A program made the translations under genes and the position numbers. DNA of 64,000 nucleotides. Source: a virus (Duplodnaviria > Heunggongvirae > Uroviricota > Caudoviricetes). Each line of letters starts with the position of its first letter. Position 1 is the stretch's first letter. Under the pieces are notes generated by a model that was not told the DNA's origin, ran no database searches, and was given only the letters and a program-made list of their open reading frames with translations. Shown here in pieces: positions 48,739-59,124 of this stretch. The stretch is taken from IMG/VR virus record IMGVR_UViG_649989924_000003; one strand, given 5' to 3'.

Positions 48739-49731
48739 TTAAAGTATCAATACAGTATCATTCATTTTGAAATATTCAGAACTGAGATATAACTCCTCAG
48801 CATTCATGAGAAGTTTTGTGAATTTGTAAGATTCAATAGGCTTTTTGACTGTTACTTTTTTTGATATCTCAAATATTTTTTCCCCTTGCAAATAGAATAT
48901 ACCATCAATCACCTCAATAATGACCTTGAATGGGGCATTTGTTTTTTTATTAATAGAACTATTCTTCTTTTTTAAATTCAATTCCTTCAGCTGTTTCAGT
49001 TCTTCCAAAGAAAGAGCATATTCTCTTGCTTTGGCATATTCACATAAGTATGCTTCATCTGTGTCTATTAAAGGAGCTACATAAATATCATTTTTCCCCT
49101 TAAATATTAAAGTTGAGGAATGATTGCGAGTTTGGATGGATAATTCTATATTTTCATATAATCCATCAGCAAAGCTACTTATTGCCTTGCAGATACTCTT
49201 TGAGAGATGATATGCAAGATTTTTGTTGGTGCTTGTGACACCTTCAAGTCTTAGCTGATGAATGCAATCTGTTCCCCAAAAATAAAGTTCCTTATTTTGA
49301 AGAATGAAAGTGGGATGTTGCAGGAATTTTAGATAGCTGAGACCTGTTGTCATTTCCTCTAGAATATTAAAATTTCTTAGCGTTCTGGAATGAATATTCC
49401 CTATAGCCTCACCAGTAATATCCAATATACTTAAATCCGCCTCTTTATAGGGTATTGTTATTTCTTCTACTAAGCTTCCATTCTTTTTCATATAAATAAC
49501 TATCCTATGGTTTTGAATGCCAAAGACATGCTTTGCGCCATGAATTCTCTTATATCCCTGATAAAAATCCTTTATTGTAAACATGATAGGTGCTTCAATC
49601 TTTTCTGGTAATATATGAATTTCTTTCGTTTTTGCTATGCTATCAGTTATACAGCATTTGTTATCAATAAAAATAATATCCCCTTCCCTATTCTCATAAT
49701 TCTCTATAAACTTAATATTTCTCTTAATCAT
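48739..49731 (-). CDS. hypothetical protein
   Basis: 330-aa ORF in DNA-metabolism operon. Confidence 0.5.
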   Translation of the reverse strand: MIKRNIKFIENYENREGDIIFIDNKCCITDSIAKTKEIHILPEKIEAPIMFTIKDFYQGYKRIHGAKHVFGIQNHRIVIYMKKNGSLVEEITIPYKEADLSILDITGEAIGNIHSRTLRNFNILEEMTTGLSYLKFLQHPTFILQNKELYFWGTDCIHQLRLEGVTSTNKNLAYHLSKSICKAISSFADGLYENIELSIQTRNHSSTLIFKGKNDIYVAPLIDTDEAYLCEYAKAREYALSLEELKQLKELNLKKKNSSINKKTNAPFKVIIEVIDGIFYLQGEKIFEISKKVTVKKPIESYKFTKLLMNAEELYLSSEYFKMNDTVLIL

Positions 49732-50069
49732 CTGACTACCTCTTTGTTTCTATATGGTCCTTTTCTTTTTGGATGAATATCCATAGAGATTGTAAAGATT
49801 GATGTCTTATCCTTGTATCGGGAAATATATTCATAGGTTTTGGAAAGAATGTTGAGAGAATCGGTGTTTATATAAAGGCTGATATTATTGGGAATATAGA
49901 TTTCATTGAATAGGTAATTTGTAAGTTCCTCATTTGTAAGAAATTCATCAAATCGGGGGTTTTGAAGATATAGCCAAGCAAGATATGACTGTAGGAATTC
50001 CTTATAGATATCCCCCATTTTCTCTAAAGCTTTTGATTTTTTTTTCTTAGCTTGTTCTTTTAGGCTCAT
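49728..50069 (-). CDS. hypothetical protein
   Basis: 113-aa ORF, 4-nt overlaps on both sides. Confidence 0.45.
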   Translation of the reverse strand: MSLKEQAKKKKSKALEKMGDIYKEFLQSYLAWLYLQNPRFDEFLTNEELTNYLFNEIYIPNNISLYINTDSLNILSKTYEYISRYKDKTSIFTISMDIHPKRKGPYRNKEVVR

Positions 50070-50650
50070 TTGCTTTCACTCCTGATAGATACATCAAGTT
50101 CTTTATTTTTTGAGATTCCTTTTCTACTATATATATCCTTGTCACGGAAAGCTTTTTTGGAAATAGATATGTAGTCTCTCAATTTATCATCTTCAGCTAG
50201 AGACGTTATGAAGTCCTTTGCATTTTCTATATTTGGCACAGTAATATATTTACATGTGACAGTTCCATATCCCTTAAAATGTATTGATTTCTCTGTTAGC
50301 CCTTCTTTTTTTGCATCAGTCATAATCAGTTCACCAATCTCAGACTTAATACTGTCAGACGCCCCTTTTATTCCTTTAAGTGTTTTTCTTGCTTCATTGA
50401 CATATGTTGAGGATTCCTTAATTAGCGTTTTGGCTAGATTGTGTATTTCTTTATCTGTAAAGCCTCTGTCTTTTAGTGTGCTGATTGTCTCATGAAGCTC
50501 TTCAGGAAAGTCTTCACTATTCTCATAGAATGACTGAATCATTTTGTTTGCACTATCAGAATACTCATCAAAGCGTGAGATATCTTGATTTATATTTTGT
50601 AAGTCTTCTAGCCTATCTAGAATTTTTTCCTCTGTTTTATAATCTTTCAT
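50066..50650 (-). CDS. hypothetical protein
   Basis: 194-aa ORF. Confidence 0.45.
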   Translation of the reverse strand: MKDYKTEEKILDRLEDLQNINQDISRFDEYSDSANKMIQSFYENSEDFPEELHETISTLKDRGFTDKEIHNLAKTLIKESSTYVNEARKTLKGIKGASDSIKSEIGELIMTDAKKEGLTEKSIHFKGYGTVTCKYITVPNIENAKDFITSLAEDDKLRDYISISKKAFRDKDIYSRKGISKNKELDVSIRSESK

Positions 50651-51206
50651 TGTCTTCCTCCTTTACTGTAATTTTGTTTTTATCAATATCTTCATGATAA
50701 CTTGCAAAGAGTGCAAAGGCATCACTGATATCTTCGTTTGGAAAAATATATCCATATTTTAATCCTAGAATTTCTCGGACTGTTTCCTTTTTTGCGTGAC
50801 CATCACCTGTTATGTTTTTTTTAATAACTGATGGTGATAAAAAGTACTGCGGAGTATCTATAAAATAGGACATTAAGAAACCATGGAGTTTCAAGAGTGT
50901 TTGTGATGATTTCAATCTCTTAGGATAAATAAAAATTCCTTCCATATACACACCTGTAATAAAATATTGGTTTTTAAGAGTATCTAGATAGTTTTTTATG
51001 CAGCCAAACTTGAGCTTTTCAAAATCCTCAGGTTTCATTTGGAGAGGTTTTTTGATTTTTGAGAGATTTATATCATCTAGTAATATTCTCTTACTTTTTT
51101 CTTCATAGATGACAACGCCAGTATTTGATGTTGAAGCATCTAAAAAGAGTTGAATAGATGGCTTCTTTTTTAAGAATTTCGTTTCACGTGAAACATTTTT
51201 TGTCAT
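50637..51206 (-). CDS. RuvC-family Holliday junction resolvase
   Basis: LFLDASTSNTGVVI (RuvC LGIDPGSRVTGYGV), VYMEGIF (Glu), ITGDGHAKKETV (VVGIGSAEKSQV), DISDAFALFA (DAADALAIA). Confidence 0.65.
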   Translation of the reverse strand: MTKNVSRETKFLKKKPSIQLFLDASTSNTGVVIYEEKSKRILLDDINLSKIKKPLQMKPEDFEKLKFGCIKNYLDTLKNQYFITGVYMEGIFIYPKRLKSSQTLLKLHGFLMSYFIDTPQYFLSPSVIKKNITGDGHAKKETVREILGLKYGYIFPNEDISDAFALFASYHEDIDKNKITVKEEDNERL

Positions 51207-51258
51207 ATTCCTAAACCTCTTCTTTAGCAGAAAAAGAGGCTTTATAGCCCCTTTTCAC

Positions 51259-51933
51259 TTAATCGATTAAACCTTCAGCTTTAAATGCTTCAACTGCTGC
51301 TTCTGTAATGGCTTTGGCTGCTTCGGTATTGAATGTTCCACAATGTGGAGCAGCTTTCCATTCCTTATTTGCATCTTGATAGCGTCTTGATGGGAATCTT
51401 AAATGATACTTTCCATTTTCATGATGCAATTCGACATCATGCATTGCCATTTTTTCAGTTGTTACAAATGATGCATTTCCAACGAGTGCCTCAAAAGTAG
51501 GAACATCGCGCAATGTAGGGAAACGGATAATTGTTGGGTTTTCTTCTAATGCATTTGCCATTTCATCTTTCTCTGTTTCCACAAACTTTTCTTCCACTGT
51601 ATCTTCAAAAGCTTTAACTACAGCAGCTTGAACTCTATCACGAACTTCCTTAGAAATAGGATGAATATAGCTTTGAGTCTGAGTTTCTCCATTTTTATCC
51701 TGATACTTTTTATATGGGAAGAAGATTGAGAATTTGTCATCTTCTTTTTCTGTCAATGAGACATTGCCAAATAGAGGTAAGCCCTCTGTTGTTACAGAGA
51801 AGAATCCGACTAATGTTGGATTATTTTCGAATGAAACTTTTCTAGGAAAAGTTACCTCCACTGATGGATTTTCTTTATCAGCTGTTGATTTTGAAGCTGT
51901 AGCTGCAGCTTTTTTTGCTTTAATGCTTGCCAT
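51259..51933 (-). CDS. Tandem double SpoVG-domain protein
   Basis: Two ~95-aa repeats each ending in a SpoVG-like motif (IHPISKEVRDRVQAAVVKAF; second repeat ...FNTEAAKAITEAAVEAFK). Confidence 0.55.
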   Translation of the reverse strand: MASIKAKKAAATASKSTADKENPSVEVTFPRKVSFENNPTLVGFFSVTTEGLPLFGNVSLTEKEDDKFSIFFPYKKYQDKNGETQTQSYIHPISKEVRDRVQAAVVKAFEDTVEEKFVETEKDEMANALEENPTIIRFPTLRDVPTFEALVGNASFVTTEKMAMHDVELHHENGKYHLRFPSRRYQDANKEWKAAPHCGTFNTEAAKAITEAAVEAFKAEGLID

Positions 51934-52047
51934 GTTTATTTCCTCCTTATGTTTCGCATAGATTTACGTATATATTTTATCATAAATTTCATGAGTTGCG
52001 TTTTTCTGTTTGGATGTTATAAGTGTCAAAGGGGTTAGATAGCCCAT

Positions 52048-52785
52048 TTACCCTTTGTCATGAATTATCCAATGCATAATAGCTAATTCTTTTAGCACTT
52101 CCTTTCTGACAACAATGTTAATTGGCTGCTCATATAATCCACATGATAAGACTGGATAGATATTCATGCGATTCCTATTTTTGACTAACTCTCCTTTTTC
52201 ATTGAACCTTGCAGCACTCTTTTGGTGTATTTCATATGCTCTTATCTTATCAACAAGTACCTCTAAATCTCCTAAATGTCTTTCAATCTCTTTTTTAAGA
52301 GTTTCTTTATTGATAAGCATTGCTTCTGTTTCAGCTACATTATCTTGTGTCATAAGAGCCTTACCTTGCCTGTAGGATGAAGCTCCAATAATCTCATGAT
52401 AGACGATAAGATAGTATTCTGTTTCTACATCTGGGTTAATTAGCCAACCTTTTTGCGAAGTGTTTATATTTCCTGAAATTTCAAAGCAGAATGTTGGAAG
52501 CTGTGAAGCAATAGACTTTATATCTACTTTGATATCCTGACCATAAAGTTGAGCAATGACGTCAATTCCTCGTAGCTGTCTATCCCTGTCCTTCACAATT
52601 TCCTGAATATTCATATCCTTAAATATATTCGTGTTTTGAAGATATTGGATAGAAGTTTCTTCAAATGCTTTATCCCCTACCCAGTTTGTTCTTTTATTTG
52701 ATTGTGATGAATGGATAGACCGAGATGTCCTGTTTCCTAGATTTAGTTTGTATGCGTGGTTATTTTCTCTTTTATTAAAATCCAT
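52048..52785 (-). CDS. hypothetical protein
   Basis: 245-aa ORF. Confidence 0.5.
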   Translation of the reverse strand: MDFNKRENNHAYKLNLGNRTSRSIHSSQSNKRTNWVGDKAFEETSIQYLQNTNIFKDMNIQEIVKDRDRQLRGIDVIAQLYGQDIKVDIKSIASQLPTFCFEISGNINTSQKGWLINPDVETEYYLIVYHEIIGASSYRQGKALMTQDNVAETEAMLINKETLKKEIERHLGDLEVLVDKIRAYEIHQKSAARFNEKGELVKNRNRMNIYPVLSCGLYEQPINIVVRKEVLKELAIMHWIIHDKG

Positions 52786-52806
52786 AAAGTTTCATTCCTC
52801 CTTCCT

Positions 52807-53472
52807 TTATTTTTTATCAATATTTAAGATAGGCAAATCACCATTATAGTCTTTTTTTAGATGTTCAAAGATTTGATAAAGTGCTTCAACATCGTTAATA
52901 GCTCTATGTGCGACATATTCAATACCATATAATTTTCCTAAGTCAGACTGCTGATTTGATGCAACAAGTCCTTTTTCTTTTAGCTTCATGTTTATTGCCA
53001 TCTTTAGTGTGTCTAGACTCCTTTCAAATGGAAAGTTAAGTTTGAATCTCTTTGTAGCTACTTTTAACATTCTGTTATCAAAACTATTAATATTTTGTCC
53101 AACTGCTAGACTTGTTTCTTTGCTGTTGCACCATTCAACAAACTGTTTAACTACATCATATTCTGGTGGCTTATCACTTAACATCTTATTTGTAATACCA
53201 GTAATCTCAACAATTCTTTGAGTGATAAAAATCCCTGGATTGCATAGTGCTGAAAATGAGTCAACAATAGTATTATCTTCAACATAAATAGCTCCAATTT
53301 CAATGATATGGTCCTTATTAGTTAAACCTGTTGTCTCTAGGTCATACATGATATAATTACCAAGCGTTTTATCTGTGACTTGCTGATAGATGCAAATCGG
53401 AAATCGCAGGCATCTTAAATCATTTGATTCATCCAATAGGCAACCACATATTGGACACTTGTTCTGTTTCAT
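52807..53472 (-). CDS. DnaQ-like 3'-5' exonuclease with N-terminal zinc finger
   Basis: CPICGC...C..C then Exo I YIMYDLETTG; Exo III-like HRAINDV. Confidence 0.7.
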   Translation of the reverse strand: MKQNKCPICGCLLDESNDLRCLRFPICIYQQVTDKTLGNYIMYDLETTGLTNKDHIIEIGAIYVEDNTIVDSFSALCNPGIFITQRIVEITGITNKMLSDKPPEYDVVKQFVEWCNSKETSLAVGQNINSFDNRMLKVATKRFKLNFPFERSLDTLKMAINMKLKEKGLVASNQQSDLGKLYGIEYVAHRAINDVEALYQIFEHLKKDYNGDLPILNIDKK

Positions 53473-53743
53473 CTTTATCCTCCTTTAAATAATAAGATAA
53501 TTGAAATTGTATAATAGACTGTTCTTTGATGTTCCTCCTCCTTGAATTGTTTAGACAGAGTCAATATGCTGACCTTGTCTTCAACAAAAAAAGATATACC
53601 TCTGCTGAGATATACCTCTTCTTCGTTCTAATATACATTCATATTGTATCATATTTTTTAGCATTGAGTATTTATATTAATCATGAAATTATTGTTTTAA
53701 GAGAAGTGACTCGTGAAATAAAAAGGGTTAGTTAACCCATTGT

Positions 53744-53765
53744 AAAGGTCAAGGGCTATTTAACC
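53744..53765. repeat. 22-bp inverted repeat, left arm (partner at 54487..54508)
   Basis: AAAGGTCAAGGGCTATTTAACC vs reverse complement of GGTTAAATAGCCCTTGACCTTT. Confidence 0.6.
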
Positions 53766-53807
53766 TTTTTTTATAAAAATGCTCTAATTAATTTGCAGGA
53801 TTTTATG

Positions 53808-53859
53808 TTGACTTTTAAAAGGGTTCTTCTTAAGTAAATATAACACTAACTTTATATTT
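53808..53859. repeat. 52-bp inverted repeat, left arm (partner at 55617..55668)
   Basis: TTGACTTTTAAAAGGGTTCTTCTTAAGTAAATATAACACTAACTTTATATTT; partner reverse complement differs at ~4 positions. Confidence 0.6.
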
Positions 53860-54486
53860 ATAATTATTTTTAAGAGAATTTTGGTCGTTTATTTATGGTT
53901 TTTCTTATTTCTTATTCAGAATGCATTTTATTGGATATTTTTTCAGAAAAACGCATATTTTTTCAATTTTTTGAATTAGCATTATACTATCACTATTCAG
54001 CCTTTGTTAAGTATAAAGTGAGGTGGGAGGGATTTATCAGGTATCTTGAAAAACTCTTTGAATATACTACCTCCTTAACATTCTTTAAAAACTCCTCCTA
54101 TACCCCTTTTATTTCATTTGAGCTTATATGCTATAGCAAGTTTTTATATGATTGCTTATATAATCTCTAAATTTCAATTCTAAGAGACTTTTATGTGCTT
54201 GGTGGATAGTCAGAGGGTGTTTGCGAATAGGAGGCGGAGAGAGGGATTTAAGAGCGTTTTTATATGCTTATGCTTAAAAATATATAAATGTTGATAAAGT
54301 AATAATTGAGTAACATCTCTTAACATCCCTCAATCTCTTTTAAACTCCTTTTTTTAAATTATGTTGGACCGTGATTCGTTTCATCATCTATTGAGAATCA
54401 CCTTATGAAAGGTAGCAGAAAAGCATGTAGAAAGAATTTTATATAGAGCAAGTTTTTATATTGGATATAAAAGGATTGTAGGGAGG

Positions 54487-54508
54487 GGTTAAATAGCCCT
54501 TGACCTTT
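54487..54508. repeat. 22-bp inverted repeat, right arm
   Basis: See left arm. Confidence 0.6.
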
Positions 54509-54863
54509 GATAAAGGTTAATTAGCCTTTGTATATAAAAGAAATGACTGGCATAGGTGATAATCCTATTTACATTCCAGTAAAAATCTAATGACATAAAA
54601 AACAGGTAGTTGTGGAAGGAGTTAAAGAGATTTTTGTCATGCAGATATGTGTTAGTATATAAAAGTTTCCTTTTATAATTCCTTCTATCCTCTTTTAATT
54701 CTAAATTTTAATAGATACAAAGAATGGTAGGAGGTTTTAATGAGAGTCTGCCTGTTAAGGGGAGTAGTTGGGGTATAAAGAGAATTTTGAGAGTAGATAA
54801 AGCTTATCTAGAAAAGTATGACTTGAGTTTGAGTGGAATAAAAAAAGACTCTCGAGAGAATCT

Positions 54864-55268
54864 TTACAAACACTTTCTAAGCTGTTCAGAGAGACTTCTA
54901 AGAATTTCCTGAGGGTATCTTACAAGCATGTTCAATGAGTCAGTATAGCAAAACTGTTTAGACTGAAATCTAAATATTATCCATGATAATCCTACTAAAA
55001 ATATAAATAGTATGAGCAGCACCAGAGAAAATGCCTGAGCATTCCATTGATAAGAAATGAGGATATAGAGGAGTGTTAGGAATGTTGAAAGAGCAATACT
55101 CATCAAATAATAAGTTGAAGTTTTAAATCTTGTATAAATATCAATCTTTGTTTTCTTTCCAGTCCCTAATAAAAACTCTATACATTCCTGCTTGATAAGA
55201 ATAGTTTCTCTTAAGTTAAATTTCATATATGACACCTCTTTTTTTTGTGAGTTACGAATAGCGAACAT
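54864..55268 (-). CDS. small membrane protein
   Basis: 134 aa with two long hydrophobic helices. Confidence 0.4.
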   Translation of the reverse strand: MFAIRNSQKKEVSYMKFNLRETILIKQECIEFLLGTGKKTKIDIYTRFKTSTYYLMSIALSTFLTLLYILISYQWNAQAFSLVLLILFIFLVGLSWIIFRFQSKQFCYTDSLNMLVRYPQEILRSLSEQLRKCL

Positions 55269-55616
55269 CTTTTATAGTTAGGATTATAACATAAATACTT
55301 TTGGAAATCAATAAATATATGTTGCATCAGGTAAAGTATTGCTTTAGCATAAAACTAGGAATGTGGTTGAATCAGAAGCAAACAAAGTATTTTGGGTAAG
55401 TGAATGGAATGGGTTTTTAAGAGAAAGGAAATGAATGTTGAGAGGAGGATAGGGGAGTAGGGAGAAGGGAGAGAGGTAGTAGGGGATAGAAAATGCGAAA
55501 TCAATAAAATCGCTTTAAAATCTTCAAAATTAAAAAATTCACCATAAAAAAGTATGATGAAATAAAAGTCCAAAAAAACGCTCAAAAACCTCTAGAAACT
55601 CCTTAAAAATAGTGGC

Positions 55617-55668
55617 AAATATAAAGTTAGTGTTATATTTGCTTAAGAAGAACTCCTTTAAAAGTCAA
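55617..55668. repeat. 52-bp inverted repeat, right arm
   Basis: See left arm. Confidence 0.6.
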
Positions 55669-55871
55669 ACCTTATTGACTCTCAATATATAATTATCTAA
55701 ATATATTAAAAAAAATCCAAAAACTTAAAGAATTATGCTTATGTGGGCTAACTAACCCATGAAAATAATTTCTATTGCGGAAAAAGTCAATTCAAGTTAT
55801 AATTGACTTTGATTAGAGTATCTTGGATATAAAAATATTATCAAAAAGCAAGGAATTTAATTGAGAAGGGA

Positions 55872-56825
55872 ATGGTAGCAATGGGCAAAAACACAAAAGT
55901 AATTACACTCTATAATCAAAAAGGAGGCGTTGGTAAAACAACAACAACAATTAATCTCGCTCAAGTTCTAGGGAGTACCTTTAATAAAAAAGTATTAATT
56001 ATTGATAATGATGCTCAAAACTCTCTTAGCTTTCTGGCAAATATACAAATAAGAAATAATGGAGCTGTAGAAGATGAAGATGGATTAAAGACATTAGGGT
56101 GGCTGGAACAGATGTTTCAGTTATACGGAGATGTTCCAACAGTTCGAGATATTCAGGAAACAATTATAACTCCAACATATCAAAAATCGGAGAGAATTGA
56201 AGGAACCATTGAGTGGGATATAGTCGAGAAAAAATTTGCGTTCGATATGATTCCTGGAACTGGAAAAGACTTATCTTTGGCTGAATTGATTTTTATCACG
56301 CCCAACGATGAACCTTTTATTCTTAAGCCAGAAAATAGAAAATTGGCGCCATATGTCTTGAAAGTTATCATTGAGCAAATAAAGAAATACTTTGATTATG
56401 ATTATATCTTAATTGACTGTCCTCCATCACTAGGTATCTTAAGTATGGGAGCTCTAGTTGCATCAGATTATTTAATTATACCAACAACAAGTGATATGCT
56501 ATCAACGATAGGGATTCAAACAATTATAGACAATCTTAAGGAATTACACTTATATGTACCAGACTTTAATATATTAGGGGTTTTGTTTAATTGCTATTCA
56601 GATACAAAATATGATAATGAGTTGATAGAAGATGTAAGAAATTTTGGAGACTCTCAAGGAATATCTGTATTTGAAGTGAAAATTCCTAAGAAAAATCAAA
56701 TGAGAATGGTAAGTTCTGAAGAGATTATAGCAGTTCTCAAAAACGAGAAGGCTTTTAAGAGTTATACTGAGTCAATTATTGACCTTGCTCAAGAAATTAT
56801 AAAGAAAAGTGAAGGGGGAGAATAG
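55872..56825 (+). CDS. parA: ParA-family partition ATPase
   Basis: Deviant Walker [15 protein letters not shown], Walker B ILIDCPP. Confidence 0.85.
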   Translation: MVAMGKNTKVITLYNQKGGVGKTTTTINLAQVLGSTFNKKVLIIDNDAQNSLSFLANIQIRNNGAVEDEDGLKTLGWLEQMFQLYGDVPTVRDIQETIITPTYQKSERIEGTIEWDIVEKKFAFDMIPGTGKDLSLAELIFITPNDEPFILKPENRKLAPYVLKVIIEQIKKYFDYDYILIDCPPSLGILSMGALVASDYLIIPTTSDMLSTIGIQTIIDNLKELHLYVPDFNILGVLFNCYSDTKYDNELIEDVRNFGDSQGISVFEVKIPKKNQMRMVSSEEIIAVLKNEKAFKSYTESIIDLAQEIIKKSEGGE

Positions 56826-56827
56826 TT

Positions 56828-57856
56828 ATGCCACCAAAAAAGAAATCGATGAGTGATACGGGAACACATAAGGCTTCTTCATCAAGTCTGTTCTCAGCTC
56901 TTGGAGATGGAATAGATGTTACTGGTTTTGACCCAGATTCAAAAACAGTGAGTGAAACATCCAGATTTAGAACCGAATATCTAGAACTATCAAAAATTAT
57001 AGACAATAAAAGTAACAATTTTAGAGCCTTGGATACATTCTATTTGGAATTGTCAATTGCAAAGGTAGGGCAACTTCAACCAATTATTCTAGTTCCAGAA
57101 GTTGTAGAAGGAAAATCAACTGGGCTCTATGAAATAAAAGTGGGGTCTCGACGTTTTGCTGCATTAAATAGGCTACTAGAAAAAGCTTTTAAAAAGAGTA
57201 ATCAAAAGGACATTGAAAAGTACTCAAAAGCTTTTGCAATTATTCTGCCTTATGGTGCTACTCAAGATGAAATTGAAACAATTTATCGAGAAACGAATAC
57301 TACAGCCAGACCATTAACTGTAGAAGAAGTTTTCGCTCATTTTGATGGTATCTTTAAAATAAGTGACACAGGTGAATTTGTTCATATTCCAAAAGGTGTC
57401 AACAAGTATGAATATGTATCCAAAGAGTTTAAGAGGATGGGATTTGATTTTTCAGCAACAAAAGTCAAAGAGTACTTAACAATTTATAGTGCATCTGATA
57501 AAAGAGTTACAGACTGGTTTGAAGATAAGCTTTTAACACGTCAGCAGGCTGTAGAAGTGTCAAGAATGCCTTCGGCTATGCAAATATCTGTAATGGATAA
57601 GTTTGAGCAGATGACAACTAAGGAAATAAGTGATTATATTAAGACTTACATGCTAGAAAAGAAAACAGAGAAGCTTACAAAGAAAATGAGAGGAATCGAT
57701 GCAATTAGCTTTGTAATAAAGAGCAATAAAAATCTGAAACATATTGCAGTAATGGAAAATATCAGATTTCAATCAGAAGATGAGAAACTTAGTTTCTTAA
57801 GTCAGATACAGGAGCTTCAGGACCATTTGAATAAAATTGAAAAATTATTAAAATAA
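56828..57856 (+). CDS. ParB/Srx-fold N-terminal domain protein (partition or nuclease-like)
   Basis: IKVGSRRFAALNRL resembles the ParB GxRR box; translationally coupled to parA. Confidence 0.55.
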   Translation: MPPKKKSMSDTGTHKASSSSLFSALGDGIDVTGFDPDSKTVSETSRFRTEYLELSKIIDNKSNNFRALDTFYLELSIAKVGQLQPIILVPEVVEGKSTGLYEIKVGSRRFAALNRLLEKAFKKSNQKDIEKYSKAFAIILPYGATQDEIETIYRETNTTARPLTVEEVFAHFDGIFKISDTGEFVHIPKGVNKYEYVSKEFKRMGFDFSATKVKEYLTIYSASDKRVTDWFEDKLLTRQQAVEVSRMPSAMQISVMDKFEQMTTKEISDYIKTYMLEKKTEKLTKKMRGIDAISFVIKSNKNLKHIAVMENIRFQSEDEKLSFLSQIQELQDHLNKIEKLLK

Positions 57857-57873
57857 TAAATGAGTTATAAAAA

Positions 57874-57887
57874 GGGTTAATTAGCCC
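57874..57887. promoter_or_regulatory. 14-bp palindrome GGGTTAATTAGCCC (family member; also the terminator stem after parB-like gene)
   Basis: Followed by TTTTTATTT; related palindromes at 53725-53738, 54487-54501, 54515-54526, 55745-55758. Confidence 0.45.
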
Positions 57888-58027
57888 TTTTTATTTAATG
57901 AATATTTTATGTAATAAAATATGATATATGCGAAGCAGGACAACACATATCTTTAGATATGTGATACAATATATATGTAAATTTAAACGAGGCATCAGGA
58001 CTATATTCTCATAATATAGTCTTTTTT

Positions 58028-58486
58028 GTGCTCAAAAGGAGGAAATTTATGAGTTTAAAAAGTAGATTGAAAGAAAATCAAACAGAAGGAGATGTAAAAG
58101 AAGATGTTAAGAAATCTTTGAGTGAGGAAGAAACAGAAAAAATGAGCGATACATATGAAACACCGGAACGAATTGCGTTCAGCAAAGGAGAAAAAGATTA
58201 CCCAAAAAAAATAGACAAAGTTTATGCTCAAATGAAAACAGGAGATGTTTTTTTAGAAGTTCTTGAAGATGGTTTTAATCTAACTGATGAAGATAAGGGA
58301 TATAACACAAAAATTCATATCAATTTCTCTCAGCTGGATAAAAGTATGAAACAAAAAGCATTTAAAAGTCATTATCTTGACTTAACTAATTTTCTATATT
58401 TAAGAAACATTTTTCTCTCAGGTAAATATTCCGTATTAGAAGAATTGGAAAGAGCGACGTTAAATGCTAACAAAAAAATATTGTGA
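58028..58486 (+). CDS. hypothetical protein
   Basis: 152-aa ORF. Confidence 0.45.
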   Translation: MLKRRKFMSLKSRLKENQTEGDVKEDVKKSLSEEETEKMSDTYETPERIAFSKGEKDYPKKIDKVYAQMKTGDVFLEVLEDGFNLTDEDKGYNTKIHINFSQLDKSMKQKAFKSHYLDLTNFLYLRNIFLSGKYSVLEELERATLNANKKIL

Positions 58487-58734
58487 AAGTATTTTTTCTG
58501 AGTATAAACAGCCTGATAAAAGTATTTCAAATACTTTTTATGTAACTCCAGGAATGAAACAAGGCAATTGGATGATTGGCATTGTAGAAGTGAATTCAAA
58601 GACTAAGGAAAACCAAAGAATTCAGGTGCCAGTTACAACTGCCCGATTGATTGCCATGCTTGAGCTTATTTATTTAGCTTACCAGAAACATCTTTTTAGA
58701 AACTAATATTTCAATTGAACAGGAGGAGCTTTAA

Positions 58735-59124
58735 ATGGACTTAAGATTAAAGGATAGATACAAGCAAAGGCTGGCGAAGAATTCTATGCCAGCTTCTTCT
58801 CATAAAAAGGAAAATGAACTGGAAACAATTAGAGGTGCTGTTCAATATCGAATTGTACCTAGAGGATTTTTAGAATCAGATAAGTTAATCTGGGTAGTCA
58901 TGGATATTAAGGATGTTGCCACAAAAGAGCATATCAAAGTTGTTGGAGAAACCAATCACTACAATGTTGGAGACTATTTGGAATTTTATGGAACATGGGT
59001 AGAAAGAAATGGAAAAAAAGAATTTCATTTTAAATATGCATTAAGAGTAGATGATGATTATGTTGGTGCAACAGCTATGCTAGCTTTTCTATTTGGAGCA
59101 AAGACAGCAAAAAAGAATTATTGA
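58735..59124 (+). CDS. hypothetical protein
   Basis: 129-aa ORF with GGAGG RBS. Confidence 0.45.
   Translation: MDLRLKDRYKQRLAKNSMPASSHKKENELETIRGAVQYRIVPRGFLESDKLIWVVMDIKDVATKEHIKVVGETNHYNVGDYLEFYGTWVERNGKKEFHFKYALRVDDDYVGATAMLAFLFGAKTAKKNY

Noticed and set aside
55421-55491. G/A-rich purine tract considered as a possible CRISPR-like or telomere-like repeat
   Set aside because: No regular repeat-spacer periodicity; just a compositionally biased tract. Kept only as part of the control-region finding.
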